Origin: a virus | Taxonomy: Duplodnaviria > Caudoviricetes | Length of the DNA: 64,000 nucleotides | IMG/VR virus record: IMGVR_UViG_3300031992_000046 | Coordinates: 36,410 to 100,409 of that record | Direction: 5' to 3' (one strand) | Part shown: positions 61,219 to 64,000 of the stretch, one piece after another | Position numbering within the stretch: the first letter of the stretch is position 1 | How the letters are laid out: each line of letters opens with the position of its first letter | Position numbers and translations under genes: made by a program | Notes under the pieces: model-generated | Told to the model about the DNA's origin: nothing | What the model saw: only the letters and a program-made list of their open reading frames with translations | Databases searched by the model: none

Positions 61219-61268
61219 AAAATTCCTCCCTAAATAGTATAATTTGGGTGATTGTATACGACAAACCC

Positions 61269-61297
61269 ATTATACCATTTGGGCGGTGGTTAGTCAA
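61269..61297 (-). promoter_or_regulatory. Strong sigma-A promoter
   Basis: TTGACT-17-TATAAT with TG extension. Confidence 0.8.
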
Positions 61298-61566
61298 GCA
61301 AGAAACCCAAGCCCGTACTGCTCAAGCGCACGCTGGCAACAAAAATCCAGATGCGGATTTGAATAACCGAGTGTTAAAATCGTTATCCGTTCGTAAAACT
61401 TTGCGACAATTTCCCGCGCCTTGGAAACCGGCATTTTGTTTACCTTTTTCCGCGCTTCATAAATCGAGATGTCCGTGTTGTCGCACCCACCGATGATTTC
61501 CAATAGTATTTGATTTGCCATATCACACTCTCCCTTTGGCAAAAGCCCTTTGATAGTGATTTGTTC

Positions 61567-61621
61567 AGTACAATTCGCGTTACCCACCCCGCGCCTCATG
61601 GCGGCTTGTACTATGCGGGGC
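61567..61621 (-). ncRNA. Minimal HDV-like (theta-type) ribozyme 1
   Basis: P1 GCCCCGC/GCGGGGU, P2 AGUACAA/UUGUACU, P3 GCC/GGC, P1.1 CC/GG, J4/2 GCGAA. Confidence 0.8.
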
Positions 61622-62761
61622 TACCGGGTAAAACCCGGCACACAAGGAGAAAGAATTATGAAAAACCCGATTAGTGGGATAGTTGCGATGCGTCGATTTC
61701 CCACGCGTTATATGTCGCGCGGACGATTTCGTCGTCAAAAATCTTTTCAGTGCCTCGCGTATCGAAGGTCAGGGTAACGACATCGCCGAATTCCCAATCC
61801 TCAATACCCTCGAACTCCCAGATATTACCCGCCGAATCCGCGCATATCACGGTATCGTCGGTAAAGTTAAATCCGGTTATTACTGCGGTGGTTGCCCGGA
61901 CATTCTCAAAAACCTGAGCAGTATCAGGTTTGGACTGTGCCTTATCGTCAATCGTTCCTCTGACGGTAAACCCAGTCATAAACACATTGAACACAAGGGC
62001 GATTAGCCCGAGCACAATAAAAACCTTGTCGGCTATATCCAGTTTGCTCATAAGAAAACCCTGCCTTTCATCACCGCGTTTCCCGCATTGTACTCCTTTA
62101 AGGAAACCCACTGCTCACTGTGCCGAGATTTCGTCAGAAACCACCCGAGTCTGCTTACCGCCTCGCCGGTTTCAAGATTTATCAGAGTGGGCGTCATATG
62201 ATTGATTTCAAAAGCCCAGAGCAATTTCCGAATTTTTTTCAAGAAGCCCTCCTTTTTACAGCACTACCTATGTGTTTGCCCGTGAGATAAACCCACGGAC
62301 CATTACGCCGTTGCGAGAAAATCCTGCCCAGTCGAGTTGTAACCTCGCCGGTTTCAAGGTTGATTATCTCCGTCATATTTGGGAAAAGCTTGTGCTGCAA
62401 ATCCCAGGATATTCCCCGGAACATTTGCCAGATTCTTCTCATCAGATCACCTCACACGGTTCATACTGAACCCGAAAAACCCACATTGTTTCGGTAGGGC
62501 GTTCCATTGTTACGCCGACAGGGCGAAAACCCTCGTGATTACTTGCGCAGTCAGCCTTTTCCTTTTCGAGATAGTGGGCGACAAACCCGTCTATGCGGTT
62601 CAGCATCTTATAAATCCGGGCATAAACCCTGCGATTTCTGCCGATTACCACGCACAGATTTTCCGGTCTACTCTTTTTCATTTTTTCCTCCTTCCGTATG
62701 TGTTCCTGATCCGCATTACCATTATCTGTATGACAACGCATTTTACGGGAAAAACCCAGCC

Positions 62762-62816
62762 AGTACAATCAGCGTTACCCACTCCGCGCCGCGTGGAGGC
62801 TTGTACTATGCGGAGC
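62762..62816 (-). ncRNA. Minimal HDV-like (theta-type) ribozyme 2
   Basis: P1 GCUCCGC/GCGGAGU, L3 UCCACGC, J4/2 GCUGA, same P2/P3. Confidence 0.85.
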
Positions 62817-62866
62817 ATCAAGGGCAGGGTCAAAAAACCCTGCCCAATTCTGAAAAACCCTACCGA

Positions 62867-63667
62867 TTAGACTTTTTTGCAGATGATATCGAACCCTTCG
62901 CCCGTGAGCACATCGTGCAGAATTCCGAGCACGACGAACCGCATCGTTGCCGGATTGATCGTGACGAGCGACCTGCCATCCTTGCCCGCCTTCGTGTTCG
63001 CATTGTAGACGAACGCCCACTGCGCATCCGTAGCCTCGAAATCCTTTTTGACCGGTATCATTGACTTGATGACCGACGTCAGGCACTCCGTGCCGTTCGA
63101 CCCATCGAGCTTGACCTTGCGCGCCTGTTCACTCATCTTGATGCCATCCTTGACCGTCTGCGCATCCTTGCCGATAGACTCGGCGATGGCGGCGACGATG
63201 AGCACCTGAAGATTGGCGACCTTGTGCATCCAGAGCGGGTCAACGCCGATGCCAGCGTTACGGCGCTTGTGCAGGCGCAGGATGTCGATCGGTCTGAAAG
63301 TGTCTTCGAGAACGCGAGGGAGCGTGACTCCCTTTTCTTTCGGATCCCGGACCGTGATAGTGGGACGGCGCAGTTTGCGCGCGGCGGCAGCCATCGGATC
63401 TTTCTGCGCGAGCAGTTCGTTGAAGACTTCGGTTTCGGCGAGCACATCATATTCGGCGATTTTTTCCTTCATTTTTTCGTCGAGTTTCTGCATCTCGTCA
63501 GTTTCGTTGAACTCCTTGCATTCGTTGTATTTTGCGACGAGTCCTTCGATTTCGGCGTACAGCCTTTCCTTTTCGGTGAGAGACTTGGTCTCAGCGACCT
63601 TTTTGGTGTCACCTTTTCCTTTTGCCATACTTTTCCTCTTTCCGCCTTTCGGCATTATATTATTCAC
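62867..63667 (-). CDS. Hypothetical protein
   Basis: ~250 aa ORF flanked by the RNA motif upstream and hairpin plus ribozyme downstream. Confidence 0.75.
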   Translation of the reverse strand: MNNIMPKGGKRKSMAKGKGDTKKVAETKSLTEKERLYAEIEGLVAKYNECKEFNETDEMQKLDEKMKEKIAEYDVLAETEVFNELLAQKDPMAAAARKLRRPTITVRDPKEKGVTLPRVLEDTFRPIDILRLHKRRNAGIGVDPLWMHKVANLQVLIVAAIAESIGKDAQTVKDGIKMSEQARKVKLDGSNGTECLTSVIKSMIPVKKDFEATDAQWAFVYNANTKAGKDGRSLVTINPATMRFVVLGILHDVLTGEGFDIICKKV

Positions 63668-63686
63668 TCGGCGAGCCGAGGTGAAT

Positions 63687-63782
63687 TCAAAAATGGCTTG
63701 TTATCGCACAGCAGCCCTAAAGCGCCGAGTTCACCCGAATAGGTCTTATTCGGGCATAACCACATCCTCGGGATGCGCAACC
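63687..63782 (-). ncRNA. Structured RNA motif copy 2
   Basis: See 60568-60651. Confidence 0.55.
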
Positions 63783-63854
63783 GTTTCCGACGATCTATTC
63801 GTCGGGCGATTAATGTACCGCGAACAAAGGGTCGCAAACTGTTTCTGTGTTTCT

Positions 63855-64000
63855 GCTGTATAGGCGGCGGCGGCAGTTTGCTGTCGCGCCCTGCGCCCTG
63901 CGGCGTGCCGCTGTATAGGCGGCGGCGGCAGTTTGCTGTCGCGCCCTGCGCCCTGCGGCGTGCGCCCTGCGGCGTGCCGCTGTATAGGCGGCGGCGGCAG
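63855..64000. repeat. GC-rich ~55-bp tandem repeat (runs off window)
   Basis: Unit gctgtataggcggcggcggcagtttgctgtcgcgccctgcgccctgcggcgtgcc, starts at 63855, 63910, 63979. Confidence 0.9.

Overview
64 kb of a large, probably temperate tailed phage or prophage of a Bacillota (Clostridia-like) host. The + strand (1-15 kb) carries tail, lysis and modular fibre/receptor-binding genes. A convergent - strand block (15-64 kb) carries a large serine recombinase, nucleotide-metabolism and replication genes (DnaE, primase, DnaB, SSB, ERF, Cas4-like nuclease), an MrpR-like repressor, tRNAs and many small accessory genes. The main discovery is one retron-type reverse transcriptase (49950-51329) with FIVE retron-like msr-msd ncRNA cassettes. 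One lies directly upstream of the RT, one directly downstream, and three lie 10-13 kb away. They share an msr-like architecture: a1/a2 inverted repeat, unpaired G in GGAUA/GGAUU, and two hairpins. A 29-nt core is near-identical in three copies, while the msd-like regions are unrelated and fold best as the cDNA strand. No toxin/effector gene is evident, suggesting a phage-encoded multi-template msDNA system acting in trans. Also seen: a Ubl-E2-JAB-E1 ubiquitin-like operon, two minimal HDV-like ribozymes, several aberrant tRNA-like RNAs, a second duplicated RNA motif, a recurrent gene-junction motif, and a tail-associated protein with a tyrosine-phosphatase domain. All calls are by eye from motifs; no searches or folding programs were run.
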